Shown piece by piece: positions 13,381 to 27,658 of a stretch of 64,000 bases of DNA. The position numbers were made by a program, and so were the translations under genes. The stretch is from Hydrolagus colliei (Eukaryota). The notes under the pieces are model-generated. The model did no database searches. It saw nothing but the letters and a program-made list of their open reading frames with translations, and was not told the origin of the DNA. Position 1 is the stretch's first letter, and each line of letters begins with the position of its first letter. The stretch covers positions 13,330,001-13,394,000 of the forward strand of contig CM068744.1 of assembly GCA_035084275.1 (NCBI GenBank), written 5' to 3'.

Positions 13381-16300
13381 CACACTTGTGGTGGAGTAAG
13401 CTTCATAGTGGGCAGGTCTGTTTGCCAAGGCCGTTCACATGAGGACCTGAATTTAACACCTGGTGCTGAGTAATCATGGTTGACTGCATTGAATTTGGAC
13501 CTCTAGAATATCGATGGCTAACACATTACAAGCTGGCCTAGAAATGTCCCCCCCATTACAATAAAGGCAAATGAACATTGAATAACTGATGAGAAAACTC
13601 TGAGGCTTGGGACGACAAGCTCAAAGGCATTACTTTGAATCTGAAATTTGTGAAAATGCATTCATAAGCATAAAGCTTGGAATCCACTTTGATTAATTTA
13701 TAGAGATTTACAGAGAGCTGCTACTCAAGGTCCACATCTCCAACTGATGGAAACTAACGCTCGATGGGAAGGGATGTGTGCCCAAGTTGTGGGCAGGAAG
13801 ATGATAACAATTTTCCGAGTGGCATACCTAGGTGGAACACAGTCTGATTTGAATACCCTTAAGCAACGTGATGAGTTTCAGCATTTGTCAGATACCTGAC
13901 TGATTAAAGAGAACCAAAATGTACTGCAGCATTACATTGAAAAGGAATGTCTCCAACAATATTATATAGAATAACCCTCTGCACCTCCTAATCCCTTCTC
14001 ATTAGCCCCTTCTCAATTGTGTATCGTTTTCTCTTCAATACATTCATGTTTGATACATTGAACCATAATTTTTAGCAGTGAGTTCCACTTCTCACCGTCC
14101 TCCTTTTTACCCCATATCCAGTTCCTAACCAGGAATGCTATCCATGACCTCTGCTACATCACCTGCCCAAACCCTTATTCATGCATTTGTCCGCTCCCAC
14201 AGCAATGCTTCCAGTGACCTCCTTGCCAGTTTCGCCTGTCAGTTCCACCACCCAGTTCTGTAAAACAGTTTGACATTTGATATGCTGAATTGCAATGTCC
14301 TAGTAATGTTTCTGTTTAGAGGCTGTCCTTTATGAAGGGCGCTTATGAACTCCATCCTATATTCCCTTCACCTAACTCCCTCCCTTCAAGGCATGTGTCA
14401 AGTCCCTCCTTTTCAACAGTGCCTTCGGCAATCCTCCTAACCTCTCTGCCTTCCACACTCACTGATCCCAATACCCCTTCTCGGGTCCAAATCCCTGACT
14501 GTTCACACCCTCCCTATGTGAAAGGTGCTTTACAAATCAAATTTTGTATTGTATGAATGCAAGTTGTTGTGGTGTTTCTGTGCTGCTCAATGCTAACATT
14601 GGGTGACACACAGAGAAAGTGTTTTACTGTATTTCCCAACACTAACATTCCTCACCCAGAGAAATTCAAACCATTTACATTTTAAATATGAGCAGCTGGA
14701 TAATTTGTTTTGTTTTTTCACTCTATCAGGACTGGAGAAATCTCTGGGCAGCAAGACAAGTGGAACAGTAATGTGCGTATCTTAGAGTGAAATGGTTAGT
14801 ATGCATAAATATTTCTCTCTAGCTATTAGGTATATTGTGTTTCTTTCAGGCCTATTGATCAGTTTATACTTCAAAACACTTTGAGTGATGCACTGTTTAT
14901 TCTGCATAGTTTTGAAATTAAACCACAATCACAAATCAGCGCTGAAACATATTTATCTTAAGCCACAATTGTGAAATACACCCACTGCCGACTATATTTT
15001 GGCTTCAGCCCAACAGTTGCACAGTAAAAAGATAAGTGCTCAATGTAGATCCATAGCTTTTCAAATTTCTAATAAAAATGCAAATGCAAGGTTTATTATT
15101 ATCGTTATTTAAAAATGTGCTTCAGGCTGAAAGGGTGTACATAATTAAAAATAATTAAGAGTTGACCCTCTAATATGACACTTCCACCTTCTGCCTTCGG
15201 ATAAAATAAATAAAATGTAATCTAGTTATTTTGCTTAGGATGAGAGGAATTGCATGAGAGAAATTTGTTGTGGGAGAGATTGTGGGAGCGAAGCGGGAGT
15301 ACCAGATCATCAGTAGACTGAAGAGTTTGACGGATCACAGACCTTGATCTGCTTGAGTGTTTATCTCCATCAGGGAGGATGAAGTACTGCGAGATGTCCA
15401 TTAATAGTCAGATTCCCTGCTTCTGCTCTTTTACACTTCTAGATAATAGCTTTGATTGATGGAAAAGGAGTAAGGTGTACTGATTAGAGATTTATGGAGC
15501 CAATTTGTCTATTCTAGGCTTGTTGATAAATTCATAAATACAGCTGTATCCACAAATACACAAGCTTGATAAAATTAAGTTACTGATGAGAGAAAATTAG
15601 TGCTAAATCCAAAGTAGAAATGAGTTCCTCCATGTGTAAAGTATTTGGCAAGCAGTGCTACTGTATCTAGGCCTTATTAGATTACATTTCCTCTTTGTCA
15701 GAACCATACCAGGAAAGGTATGAATAATGATAAAATAATAATCCTTACGTTTGAAAAGATTTCATGGAGCTCAGGCAAACACAGTAACCAATTTACACAT
15801 AGCCAGGAAAGGCAGAGGGGTTTATCGTAGCATTCAACAGACAAAGTCTCCAATAATTCCGTACTCCCCAACAGTTCACTAGGCTCCCCAACAGTTTACT
15901 AGACAATGAACTTAAAGTCCTGAATAATAGATGGTTACCCTGAGAGTGATTACTACAGTGAAATCATTCAGAAAGTCTGTTGTTTTCAGAATTTACTCTC
16001 TTCTCTCTCATATTGGGTTTGTTTTGTCAGTGTCTGTCAGTCTGTCAATGAACTGTAGTAGCATTCACACTAAAAAATTGTATTTCCAGTCGTTGTTTAT
16101 CAAAACAATATTTAATTAATCATCAGGCAGTTCTATGGCCAATATATATTCCAGTAGTATTCCCATGTAGTTTGCTATGGAGTAAACTTGATGCCTCTTT
16201 CTTAACCCATTCCTTGTGTAAATTAGCTCAAGGAATGTGTTAAGGAACAAGCAAATGTTAGTGCCATGTTCCACAGCAATCATTTCCAATTGCTACCATT

Positions 16301-17744
16301 GCATTATACTGAGTCTTAGTTTGTTTGGTAATGAAACATTGCAAAATTCTATCCGGCTACAGTGATAATGCTTCAAGTCTGATATAAATGATTGTCTGAT
16401 TTAAATGAGCAGTTACCTGAAGAACAGAAGAAAATAAAACAATTAGTTTTAAATGACTGTTTTCGGTCATCTTTCTCCTTCTCTCCCCCCTCAGCTTCCA
16501 CCTGCTGCTCTGGTATGCAGCTGGAAATACTTTGGGAAATCCTCCTAGTGTGGCTAACTAAGTTTTAATTGTATTTTATTGTAAATAAAATAATCAAAAA
16601 TCTTGATTGCTACTTACCAATCAACATCATATGCATTTACCTTAATTAATATTACATTAATGGTTTACTTTGGCACCAATCAGAGGCAACTAATGAGAAC
16701 ACATATCTGAAAGGGTCGGTTCCTTGGGAACAATAATTCATTCCTTGCACTTTCTTTAATATCAGCGTTAATAGAAATTATTAGAGAGAGGGAGAGTTTG
16801 CTCTGTCTCATTGTTTGAGATCACCATGAAAATGAATGTACCATCAGCAAATCTGGAGAAAATAAACAAGTTTAACAAAAGAGGACCATTTATATTCAGT
16901 ATGTTATGAAACTATACAGTGACCTTAAGTGTTAACTGGACCTGTGTTGGCACAGTGTAATTGGTTTCACATTGCAGTAAGGCTGATGAGAATGGAACAA
17001 GAGGAAGTCTGTATTCAATTCAATGTTCAATGTTGCACTGTTATGTTACTAATACTTTTGAATCTCACCTACCACTAAATTCTTAGCAATCTTTGGTTCG
17101 GATTACAGTCTTACAAGAACCCACAGAATTACCAATTCTCTTCATAGTTTGGCACATGTTATATCAGCAATGTTGTGCAAGAGCCAATCAAACAAAGTGT
17201 AAATGCAATGCAGCTGGAAAAGCAAAGATACAATACAATTTAAGTTTATGTAGCATCTTTCACTTTCAGGAAGGGAAGGAGCAAGCCAAAGGCTTTTCTG
17301 GATGGACTTGCAGAATGGGAATTAAATGTCTGACAGTTTAACCGCCAATGGTCAAGCAGATAGGGCAGGAGATGTTGCATATTAACTTTAACAACATAAG
17401 TGGTAATTAAGTATGGTGTGTGGCATATTAGAGTTAACAACATAAATGGCAATTAAGTATGGGACAGGTACATAAAGTTTCTGGGGAATAATGATTTGAG
17501 AGAGAGTAGGATAGAAAGTGAAAGAGAGCTGGGTTGTAAAGTTGCAATAAAGATTGGATTGAATCAACATTGCGTATTGTGGTTTAAAGAACATTACGGG
17601 AGACATGAAGAAGGCCAGTGTTCGCTGAGGAACAACTCAGCAATAGGCAATCAACAAATAGGAAAAACACAAAAAGAAAGATATCATCAGTCGACGGGAA
17701 TGCCAATGTAAAATAGATGCCAACAAGTACCAAACAGTGATTCA

Positions 17745-18150
17745 CTGGTGAAGGCCAAACTCTTGCCACTGAGTAAGAGGGTTGTGGGTTCAAATTCCTT
17801 GTTGTGAGTTTTAAATCACAATCTAGGTTGACACTCAAATGCATTAGAGGGGGAGAGCTGCATTGTTGAAGGTGCCAAACTCTGGATGATATGTTAAACT
17901 GAGGTCCCATCTGTAACTGTTCAAGTGGAGGAAAATCCCATTGAAGATCCCATGGCAGTATTCAAAAAGAGAAGGGAGTTTCCCCTGGTGTTCTGATCAA
18001 TAATTAGTCAATTACTTAATGCCTTTTTGTGGTACTGTACATAGCTGTGCACAAATTGACTGATGTTTACCTTCAAAATACACAGTCACTACACTTCACA
18101 TTACATCCTTGCGATGTGCTTTGCAAGAATGTGATCAGCTGCAAATATCA
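17745..18150 (+). mobile_element. Older SacSINE1-like DeuSINE
   Basis: Collinear with 7573-7980 and 37987-38290. Confidence 0.75.
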
Positions 18151-18459
18151 AGGATCATTAAAAGATTTATAAACTATTACAGACATTTCTGAAACAAACA
18201 TCTTTGCACTTGTATGCTACATTCTTGACTAAAATGGTGTGCAACATTTACCAATTAGTGATTTAGAGCTGCTGTTTGAGCAAAAGAAGATGTTCTGCTT
18301 AGGAAACAGTTCAATTTTATGTTTTTACACAGTGTCATCAGTAGTGCAGGAGGATAACTGAGTGGTGTATAATTGTTTGGTAACAGTTCACCAAAAAAAT
18401 GTTGTGAAGCTATAACAGAAACAATGTAAAATTATATAGCTCATCAGAAAAATATTTAC

Positions 18460-18464
18460 CTTCA
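18460..18464 (-). CDS. Possible 5-nt microexon TGAAG
   Basis: CTGAT branch-like motif, tttttttctttcaaacAG acceptor, then TGAAG|GTAAAT donor. Confidence 0.25.
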
Positions 18465-18621
18465 CTGTTTGAAAGAAAAAAACAAAGAATTGAAATCAGC
18501 CTTGTTTCTGCCCAGGAGTTGCTGCTCAAAACAGCTCATTGCTCAACGCTATCAGCCTGGCTCAGTTGGCAACACTCACATCTTTTAGTCAGAGATTGTT
18601 GAGTTCAAGCCAGGGTTTTAA

Positions 18622-18905
18622 TAATGATAAAATAATAATAATCCATGCATTTGATAGAGCTCTATTCACGTCTTCCAGACGACTCAAAACACTTAGCGGA
18701 ATATACTGTACAGTATATTGGTTGTATATTTTATGGGCGAAATGCAGCAGCCAATTGCACACAGCAGTACCTGCAGACAGTCGTCGATTGAAGGGACCAA
18801 TTTCTGTTATTTTTTCGCTGAGGGATTATTAACAGGCTGGTGGAGTAAGGAAACTTGCCAAGGATTCGACCTGCCAGAAATTGAACACAGGTCTCTTACT
18901 TGCAA
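18622..18905 (-). mobile_element. Deu SINE, 5'-truncated
   Basis: Reverse copy from anticodon arm to tail. Confidence 0.85.
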
Positions 18906-19161
18906 GGTGTGAGGTACAACAACAACAACAACAACAACAAATTACATTTATAGAGCGCCTTTCACGTCGGGAGGACGTCCCAAGGCGCTGCACAGGAGGC
19001 TCCATAATGCATCAAGCAATATGTTGCAGTGAAGTGGCAACCTGGATTATGATCTTAAAATTATCTTGCTTGATGCATTGTGGAGTCTTGTACCTCATAC
19101 CTTGCAAGTGAGAGACCTGGGTTCTATTTCCAGCAGGGCAAAACATTGGGTGAGTTTCCTT

Positions 19162-19312
19162 TCAGGTCCCAGCTAAAGACCTTTCTCTTCGACCGCGCCT
19201 TTGGTCACCTTTCTTCCCCTGCCCGGGCTCGATCCCGGGATTCTTTGTTGTGAAACACTCTGAGACGCCGTCGGCGTGGAGGGCGCTATATAAATCGGAG
19301 TTGTTGATGTTG
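19162..19312 (+). mobile_element. L2 family A 3' end directly following a SINE head (about 19081-19161)
   Basis: Matches the family A 3' terminus. Confidence 0.85.
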
Positions 19313-20465
19313 AGATGTTATGATGTAATAAGGAACCATGTCAAATGGAAATATTCTCATTTTTCTTTCATCACATCCTCAGGTGAAGGTTGGTTTTCAA
19401 GGAGATGGGTTCTTTAAATGGGTTTTAAAAGCTGAGAGGGGCTAAGATGGAGGAATGTTGGAAGAGAGACTCAGATGGCGAGGATAACATTAACCCACTG
19501 ATTGTGGGTCAGAGCTCCTGAAACGCATCAAATTTGGTGAAGGAGTGACAGGGAGAATAGAATTGCAGAGATCACAAAGCTCTAATGAGGAGTCAACTGA
19601 AGGTAAGGAATTGGGCGAAGATGGACACAATAAACTCATGGAGAGTATTCTGACTACAGATTAATAAATAAGAAAATAAATCTCAGACAAGCTGTATAAA
19701 GCCTGGTTGTGGCTCTTCTCAGTGCAACTCACCAAATTTGGGGAAATGAGCTTTCCAAAATATTGTAATATCTTTCCCTTTGTCTGTTTGTCTCATAGAT
19801 TGATCAATTCAAAAATCTGTTTAGAACTATTTGATGCACTTTCACGGGATGTTTAAAATAGATCCTTTTTCGTTATCAGAAAAGGCACATTAACTTTCTA
19901 TAGTAACCATGTATTATCAATTGATCAAACTGTACTATACATAACATCTCAGATCTAGTTATTGACTTGGCATCAGTAAAAATCTATTTCTCAACAGTGG
20001 CAGCATTTAACATCCAGTACAGATTCAAAAGAATAATAATACAGGTTGGTTGTTATTATAGGCTCTGGGGGCAACTGAAGGTAAGGAATTGGGATGACAG
20101 GTTTGCAGGGCTATGGGGAGAGAGCAGGAGATTGGGATTCATTTGGACAGCTCTTTTCAAAGAGCTGGCACAGACACGATGGGCCAAATGGCCTCCGTCT
20201 GTTTTGAATAATTATATGATTATACAAAAATTAGAAATTAGGCCTAATCAATGTTAAAATTCATGCTTTGGGAGTAGGAATCTGCAGTGCTAGTGAAGAA
20301 AATGGTATAGTAATGAAAGCAGGCCATTCAGAGCATTAAATCTTCTTTGCCTTTATGGCAATGGCAACTTTTCAATTATATTTTGCTGCCTTTTCTCCAA
20401 ATCCCTTAATTATCAGACATCTATCAGTTTCACTCTGAAACATTTCAATGGACTCTGCACTCAAT

Positions 20466-20830
20466 CTAGAGCACTCACCTTGCAAGTGAGAAAGAACTGG
20501 GTTTCATTCCCAGGTGAGAGAAAACCTCAGGTAAGTTTCTTTACTCTAAATGCCTCTATTTACCAAGCAGTAAGTAGGAACCTAGTTGTTAATCAATTGG
20601 CATATAGCTTTTCCCAGGGTTCCCTTCAAAATTAAAATCATAATTCTCATCACACATTTTGTGCAGTTTTTTTGGGGGATTCCCCTATCATGGGTCACAC
20701 GATATTTGTGGGCGATTGCTGCATGCAAATTGCTGTTCATCCACAAAATACACACAATTTACCATATATATGAAGTGCTTTCAGCCATTTTAGCTATTTA
20801 AGACACTTTATTAAATGCAAGACTTATTAT
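20466..20830 (+). mobile_element. tRNA-headed Deu SINE, long form, diverged
   Basis: Head, extra segment and tail are recognisable. Confidence 0.75.
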
Positions 20831-22039
20831 ATGTGTTATTATCTCTCATTTTAAAAGTACAGTATGTCCTCTCATCTTGATTTCTCCCAATAGAGTGAAG
20901 AGTCTTTCCCTATTTACTGTATCAAAACATTTAATTATTTAGAACATCAGTCAGATCACCCCCCTGATCTTCCTGACCTCCAAAAAACATATTTATTCAG
21001 TCTCTCATTACGATAAAATCATTTCTTACCTCGTGAAAAGTCTGTGGATTCTTTCCACAGGCAGTACAATATATTCTTCCTAATTTGAACACAATAATGA
21101 TAGGGGCTTAGAGTAAGCTAGTGTAACTGAAAATGTTTGGCACAATCTTCAATATTATCAATAATTTCCAGATGGAGCATTTTTCACAAAACAAAATAAT
21201 GATTGTCCCAGGGCATAGACTAATGCCCAGTACTTGCCCAAATCAGGGTTATAAGAACTTGGAATGTAGTGATCCCAAAAGTCCATAAGTGCCAAATTGA
21301 TTGAGCAATTTAAAGGAAGCTGGATTGGAAGCTATGAAGTAAGGGCAGGAAGAAAAAGAAAAGAAATGAAATTTAAACATTTTAAAGCAAATAAAATGGA
21401 GCAATTGTAGCAGATCAAAAAGCTGACTTTTGTTCCTGTAATCCTACGTACTCTCTAAAAAGTTTTTTTTTAAAAAAAGCTTAAAACTTGACTGACAAAT
21501 ACTTGATCTGACAGAAAAACAGGATTATATTTTGCTGAAATTCTTTTAAGCATCATTTTCATTTCATTTCAAAATAATTTATAAAGTTTGTAACAGAAAA
21601 TTCAACATTCAATCCACTCTCTGGGTAAAACAATTATTTTCTAACTTCATCTTTAATTCTTTTGGTGATTATCTTAAATTTCTGCAATCTATGTGCCAAC
21701 TCACCAATTAGTAGAAATATCCAATCATTCTTCGCAGATAATCCTTATAGGGCCAGAATCTAATTACTGAGGAGGCTTCATAGAATCTGGGATCAGAATC
21801 CAAGCTCCCATACAATTTTCTTAGTAACTGTCAAACATTGGACGAGACAAAGGAAGGTGTTATGAATGAAAATCTTTACGTGGGAATGTTATTATGACAA
21901 AATCGTTATTTCTGAACATTATCTCAATAACAACAGCAAAAATTCCATTTATATTTATTTATTATCTCCAGCTGTTTGGAGATAACATAGATGCACTATA
22001 TCAGTGCAAGTTGTTGTTTTTGTTTTCATATTGGCAAAC

Positions 22040-22281
22040 ATTTTCTCAGGTTTCCTTACATTGCTATGGTTTATATGAATCAAACATGTACCCTTTCATT
22101 GAACATTGAAGGGTACATATTTGATTTACATGAACCATAGGAAGGAAACCTGAGAAAATAACTCAAAAAGTAACGTAATAATAATCCTCAAATGTAAGCC
22201 ATTATTATTTTAAATTACATTTTGAGTCATTTTGTAACGTTTCCTTATATTGCTATGGTTCACGTGAATTAAATGTGTACT
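22040..22281. repeat. Double-hairpin foldback element
   Basis: 120-nt imperfect palindrome 22040-22159, second hairpin 22161-22227 and a third copy of the arm at 22239-22281. Confidence 0.85.
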
Positions 22282-23714
22282 CTTAGATATGATGTGTTCA
22301 GTTAGATATGTTTATTGATGTTGTGGAATTGGGGAAAATCCAAGAATACATAGTTGAGAAGTGGATCATGCCTCCTTCTATTGCTTTTGCTCAGTCTCTT
22401 TCCTCCTTTTTTGTAGCAACTCAAACCACTTCCTTTTCAGGGACAGTTCACATCTTTGTTATCAGTCTTGGCTTTGCCTGGTCGTTACTCATTCCCTTGG
22501 TCACAGAGATGAGACATGGGTGAGTCATTATTGGACTGTACAACTAGAGCAGCAAGCCTATCAGTTATAAGGTATCCGGAGGCCAGCAGTTTGGAGACAC
22601 TATGAAATGGTAGGCACTGATATTTCATTTTTTTAAATTTGGACACATTACAAACTGAATTTCCTGGAAATCATCTACAAATGATGTCTCAATGTACTAG
22701 AGTAATTATTAATCACTCATCTTGACTGTAACTACAATTCAACAGTATGAAGCACATTAACAAGATACATTGGCACTGACAGGTACTGTGGGCATAAAGC
22801 CACACCATAAATCTTTCAGTACATAATATTAAAAGAAAGTATTTCAAGACAATATTTTATCCTTTGGATTTGAACTTTGCTCTTATGGTTTTGAGCCATG
22901 GTATTTGATTATTGTCTTCTAGCTCACTTCCATTTATATATATTTCTACATCATAATAATCCTTACATTTGATATAACATCTTATCACCTCATCAAGAGA
23001 TTTCAAAGCACTTCTCAGGATTTACTATAATGTGTTACTATAATGTGTGTAATGACTGTGTACTTTGTAGACAAATATATTCAGGAAAGATGAGATAAAA
23101 TGGACCAAAGGGCTTTCTTCATACACCATTCTCTTGGGACTTTGTAAAATAACATAACCTGGAGAAGCTGATAGATTGTTCCTTTTTGGTTCAATTGTTG
23201 GACATCAGAGCTGTTCTTTGGGAATTGATAAAATCACAGACCCCGACAGAAAGTATTGGTCAGGTATCGGACACGTGCAGAAACCGATCACCATGCTTAA
23301 GAGTACCAAACCAGACTGAGGGTTCCACATATGTATACAACCTAAACATGGAAATTTCCTGGTGTCTGCAAGGGAATGCATACTCTCTTCCTGTAATGTT
23401 TTTTTAATCCACAACACAAAATGTAGATTAACTCAGTACTTTAATTCAAATGTTACAAGTTGACTTCTATCAGATCAACCTCTTTCCACTCTATTCCAAA
23501 TCTCCCCAGTCTCTTCTCAAAATCCTTTTATACTTGTCTCAATCAATTGCCACTTATCTCGGTAAGGCAATATGCAACACTTCCAAGAGGGACAAGCCCT
23601 GCTTACCTAAACATGGAGAGTATTAGGTGCAGGTTGAGAAGAGCCTTGGCTTGGGACCCCAGAGTGTACCTTCAAGTAGAGTTAAAGCTGCATGGCTTGC
23701 CATTGAAATGCATT

Positions 23715-24330
23715 TGACACCCAACTCTATCTTTCTGCCTCCACCTTCGATTTCCAGACCACTGCTTTTCTGACCAATTGCTTGTCAGACATCAAGTCCT
23801 GGATGAGAGATACGTTTCTTCAGTTGAATATTGACAAGACAGCGGGTCTCCTGCTGGGCTCCTGTCAACGTCTTCTCATCTTAGTTGCTGACAGCACCTA
23901 TCTACACAGATACACTCTCCACCTCACAAAACCAGTGCAGAACCTTGTGTCTTGTTTGATAGTCAAATATTCTTTAAACCTCCATCTATGTCCTGACCCA
24001 TTCAGCTTTCCCTCACCTCCACAACTGTTCGTGTCTCCGCTAATATCTCTGCCGTCTGGCCATCGAGTTCCTTATCCATGTTTTTAGTCACATGCAGTCT
24101 ATCATGCCAACTCTGCTCATTGGATTTCCCAACCTCCACAAGCTGCAGACCATTCAGAACTCTGTAGCTTGTGTCCTCTCCCATATTAGGCTCAGCGAGC
24201 CTTTTACTCACATCCTCACCCAGCTCCACTTGCTCGCCATCCCCAAGCGTTCAAGATCTACATCCTCACTTTTAAAGTCCTCCAAGGTCTTGCCCCTTTC
24301 TCATCTAAGACCTTCTAATACCCTACCATC
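23715..24330 (+). mobile_element. Older L2 LINE RT fragment
   Basis: SDIKSWMRDTFLQLNIDKT and LHKLQTIQNSVA; multiple frameshifts. Confidence 0.85.
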
Positions 24331-26624
24331 CTGCTAGCTTGGGACCATGAGTTGTAGAAAGGGTTGTTCATGTGATGCAATATATTTGTTGATGTGTGGG
24401 GTAAGTTAATAGGAGAGATAACAGATGGAAAACAGGATAATAGAGAAATGTAAGAACATACAAAACATTGAATGAAAAAGGGACTAGCCAAACCTATTTC
24501 TCCACAGACCAAGCTCCAATTCCTCTATTGGGTATTATACTGAACGGGAAAAGTTCTGTTTGATTTCTCCTACTTGTTAAAGAAAAATTGAGCTAAAAAC
24601 AGAGAATGTTTACCTAAACATGTGATACATATGTTTGATGAGTTTACTTCCTTGGCATGTTCTCAACCATTTAAAAATTATGATGTTCCACTCGATTATC
24701 TTTATCTTTACCCCGTTTTATAGCTCTCGATCCCAAACAGATATTCATCCACAGAAGAACAATGGCAGCTCCCAATGCAATAAATCAAACAACAGTAAAT
24801 ACTAAGTGACAATGCTAGGGTTAACTATTTGTTACAATTAATGAAAGTAAAGTTGGCACTTGTCACTAGAGGTCTCATAAAATGTTGGTTTCCTTACCAA
24901 ATTTAACTTCACCCTTTAGTCAAACATTTTAAAAGAGAAATTAATTGACCGGTTTCAAAATCTGTTTAAACTAATTTGTTAAATTTCTAGCAACAGTTGG
25001 TACTGTACAAAGCTATTTGGTTTTATGAATTACACGATACTGACTGAGCTTTTGATTTCTGTCAAAGTACATAGCATAATTTAGTGTTATTTATCACAAC
25101 AACAATAACAAATGAACACGTACATAGCACCTTTCACATTGTGAGGATGTCTCGATGTGCTTCATAAAAGTGCTCGAGCAGGAGAAGCTGAGGAGAGGTC
25201 AAATCAACAAGCACTGGGACATCTATGCAAAATGTATTGAAACGAGACAGTGCAAACACGGAGTAAAATGCCATGACCCCGAGAGGAGTTAACTTTGATA
25301 TGTAAGATTTGGCAGCTTCTTCTGACTCATGGCATCCCAATTACAGTTTAAACAGTTTGTGTCTCGCCAACTGCAAGCGAGTCAGGTTTCATTCTCTGTT
25401 TACCGAATATGTAAATAGTGGTCACTGATCTCAAGTGTCTGTCTGTGTAATGCTGTTGTCACAGGGCATCTGGATAGCATCGTTGGCAGCTAAAAACATA
25501 GCACTTTCACTGGCACAGAAGGTAATGTCACTAATCTGTCTTCCTCCTCCGTAATGACGAAAATGAAGAATGGTGAAACGGATATGGCCACATTTGCCAC
25601 TAACGTTGCTTCATCCAATGTTTGCCATAATTGACACGTTGTTCAGCTGTTCTCTTGCTGGAAATAGTTTTTATTCATATCATTGCTGACTCACGCTGCT
25701 TGGAATAGTCATTGAATATCACTATGATCAGTTCTTTGCACTTCCTAAACCTGCCTCCCCCTCATAGATAATTAACTTCTAGGAAACTAGTTATTGATGA
25801 ATGCAATTACTTCCAGTTGTTAGTTGACTGTAAAACGCTTTTCCGGGGGTAATAATTCCATCAAAAAAATAAGTCAGTCACTTCAATCCACTACCGTTTA
25901 TGGGACACTGCAATTGGATGCCATGTTTCTCCCACAAAATATACAGTCAATTCACTTTACAGTACATTCTTTGAAGTGCTTTGAGATGTCTGGAAGACAT
26001 GATAAGGCACTATACCAAATGCAAGAATTATTAGTGTTATTAATTGTCTACGCAGCAAATAAACTGCGAGTAGCAAAACTAATTCTTGTCAGTGAATTAA
26101 AAGGGAATATGGAATATCCACCAATGTCAGAACACAGTGGCATTAAGTGCATGCTAATTCCACATACTGTCCACGATTGTTTGTGGGATACTGCTGTGCG
26201 CGATTAGCTGCTGCGTTTTACCCACATACATACAATCAGCATATTCTGTAAAGCGGTTTGAGATGTCTAGAAGAATGAAAAGCGCTATATCAAATGAGAA
26301 AGGATTATTATTATGCTGTCAGTCTGGATCCTTTGCGAATACTCTTGTCTCTGATTTTGCAGGTTGTGGTTCCATCGATTCATTCCTCCCATTCTCACCA
26401 AGCTCCATTAGCTCCCAGTACCTCAAAAGGATCAAGTTAAACAATGTTTTCTTGCTCTTGCCTTGTCTTACCTATCTCCAGTACTTCATTCTAGTCTATA
26501 CATTTCACTCGTCCAATTCTGTTCTACTGCTCACTCCTCACTCATTTCACTCCACCATCACATATGAGCCTTCAACCATCATACCCTATTCACTAAAATG
26601 CTTTCAAAACCACCTTACTACACC

Positions 26625-27658
26625 AACAACAACAACAAATTACATTTATAAAGCGCCTTTCACGTCGGGAGGACGTCCCAAGGCGCTGCACAGGAGGCGT
26701 GTGACCCGAGCTGAGAGGGGACTGTTTGGGAAGGGGTGGAACACAAAGGGGAGGTCAAAAAATTCGGGGTGGAACAAAAGGCACGATCGAAGAGGAAAGT
26801 CTTCAAACCGGCCTTGAAGGAGGAAAGGGAAGAAACGAGACAGAGGGATTGAGGGATGGCATTCCATAGGGTGGGAGCGGAGAAACTGAAGGCCCGGCCT
26901 CCGATGGTGGGGCGGTTCGGGCGGGGAGCTTGGAGCAGGCCAAGTCCTGTTGAACGGAGGGTCCGGGTGGGCTTGTAGGGGGAGAGTAGATTGGTTAAGT
27001 AGGGCGGGGCAAGGCCATGTAAGGCCTTGAAGGTGAGGACGAGGATCTTGAACTCGATCCTCTGGAGAATGGGGAGCCAATGGAGACAGGCGAGGGTGGG
27101 GGTTATGTGGTCGCGGAGGCGGGTGCGGGATAATACATGGGCTGCAGAGTTTTGGATGACCTGCAGCCTGTGAATGGAGGAACTGGGGAGGCCGACCAGG
27201 AGAGAGTTTCCGTAGTCCAGCCTCGAGGTGATGTATGCGTGCACGAGTGTTTCGGCAGCGTGGGGCGTAAGATAATTGCGGAGCCTGGCAATGTTGCGCA
27301 GGTGGAAATAAGCGGTGCCGGTCAAGGCACAGATGTGGGGGAGGAAAGAAAGTTTTTGATCGAACATGATGCCGAGGTTCCTGATTGGCTGTGTGAGATG
27401 GAGAGTGCAGCCTTGGATGTTGAGGTTGGCAGTGCCCGATGTGCGGAGGCGCTGGCTTGAGCCAATCAGGAGGGCCTCGGTCTTACTCACGTTCAATTGC
27501 AAGAAGTTGTCCCTCATCCAGGACTCGATGTCGGACAGACATGCTGTCAGAACATCGATGGTCTGGGGGTTGAGGGATGAGGCAGAAAGGTACAGCTGGG
27601 TGTCGTCCGCATACATGTGGAATTTTACCCCATGTTTGCGGATGACATCGCCCAGAGG
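26625..27658 (-). mobile_element. Young 5'-truncated L2 LINE, family B, with an open RT C-terminal ORF (26660..27616)
   Basis: YADDTQLY catalytic motif, NFLQLN.SKTE, SRLDYGN, LHWLP, GGRAFS; tail ..AAATGTAATT(TGT)n; nested in an older + strand L2 remnant. Confidence 0.96.

Noticed and set aside
15865-15903. 20-bp tandem duplication CTCCCCAACAGTT(C/T)ACTAG
   Set aside because: Only two units; an ordinary slippage duplication.
25464-25520. Plus-strand 57-nt exon candidate (GIWIASLAAKNIALSLAQK)
   Set aside because: Isolated; I found no compatible plus-strand exon chain, so it may be chance.
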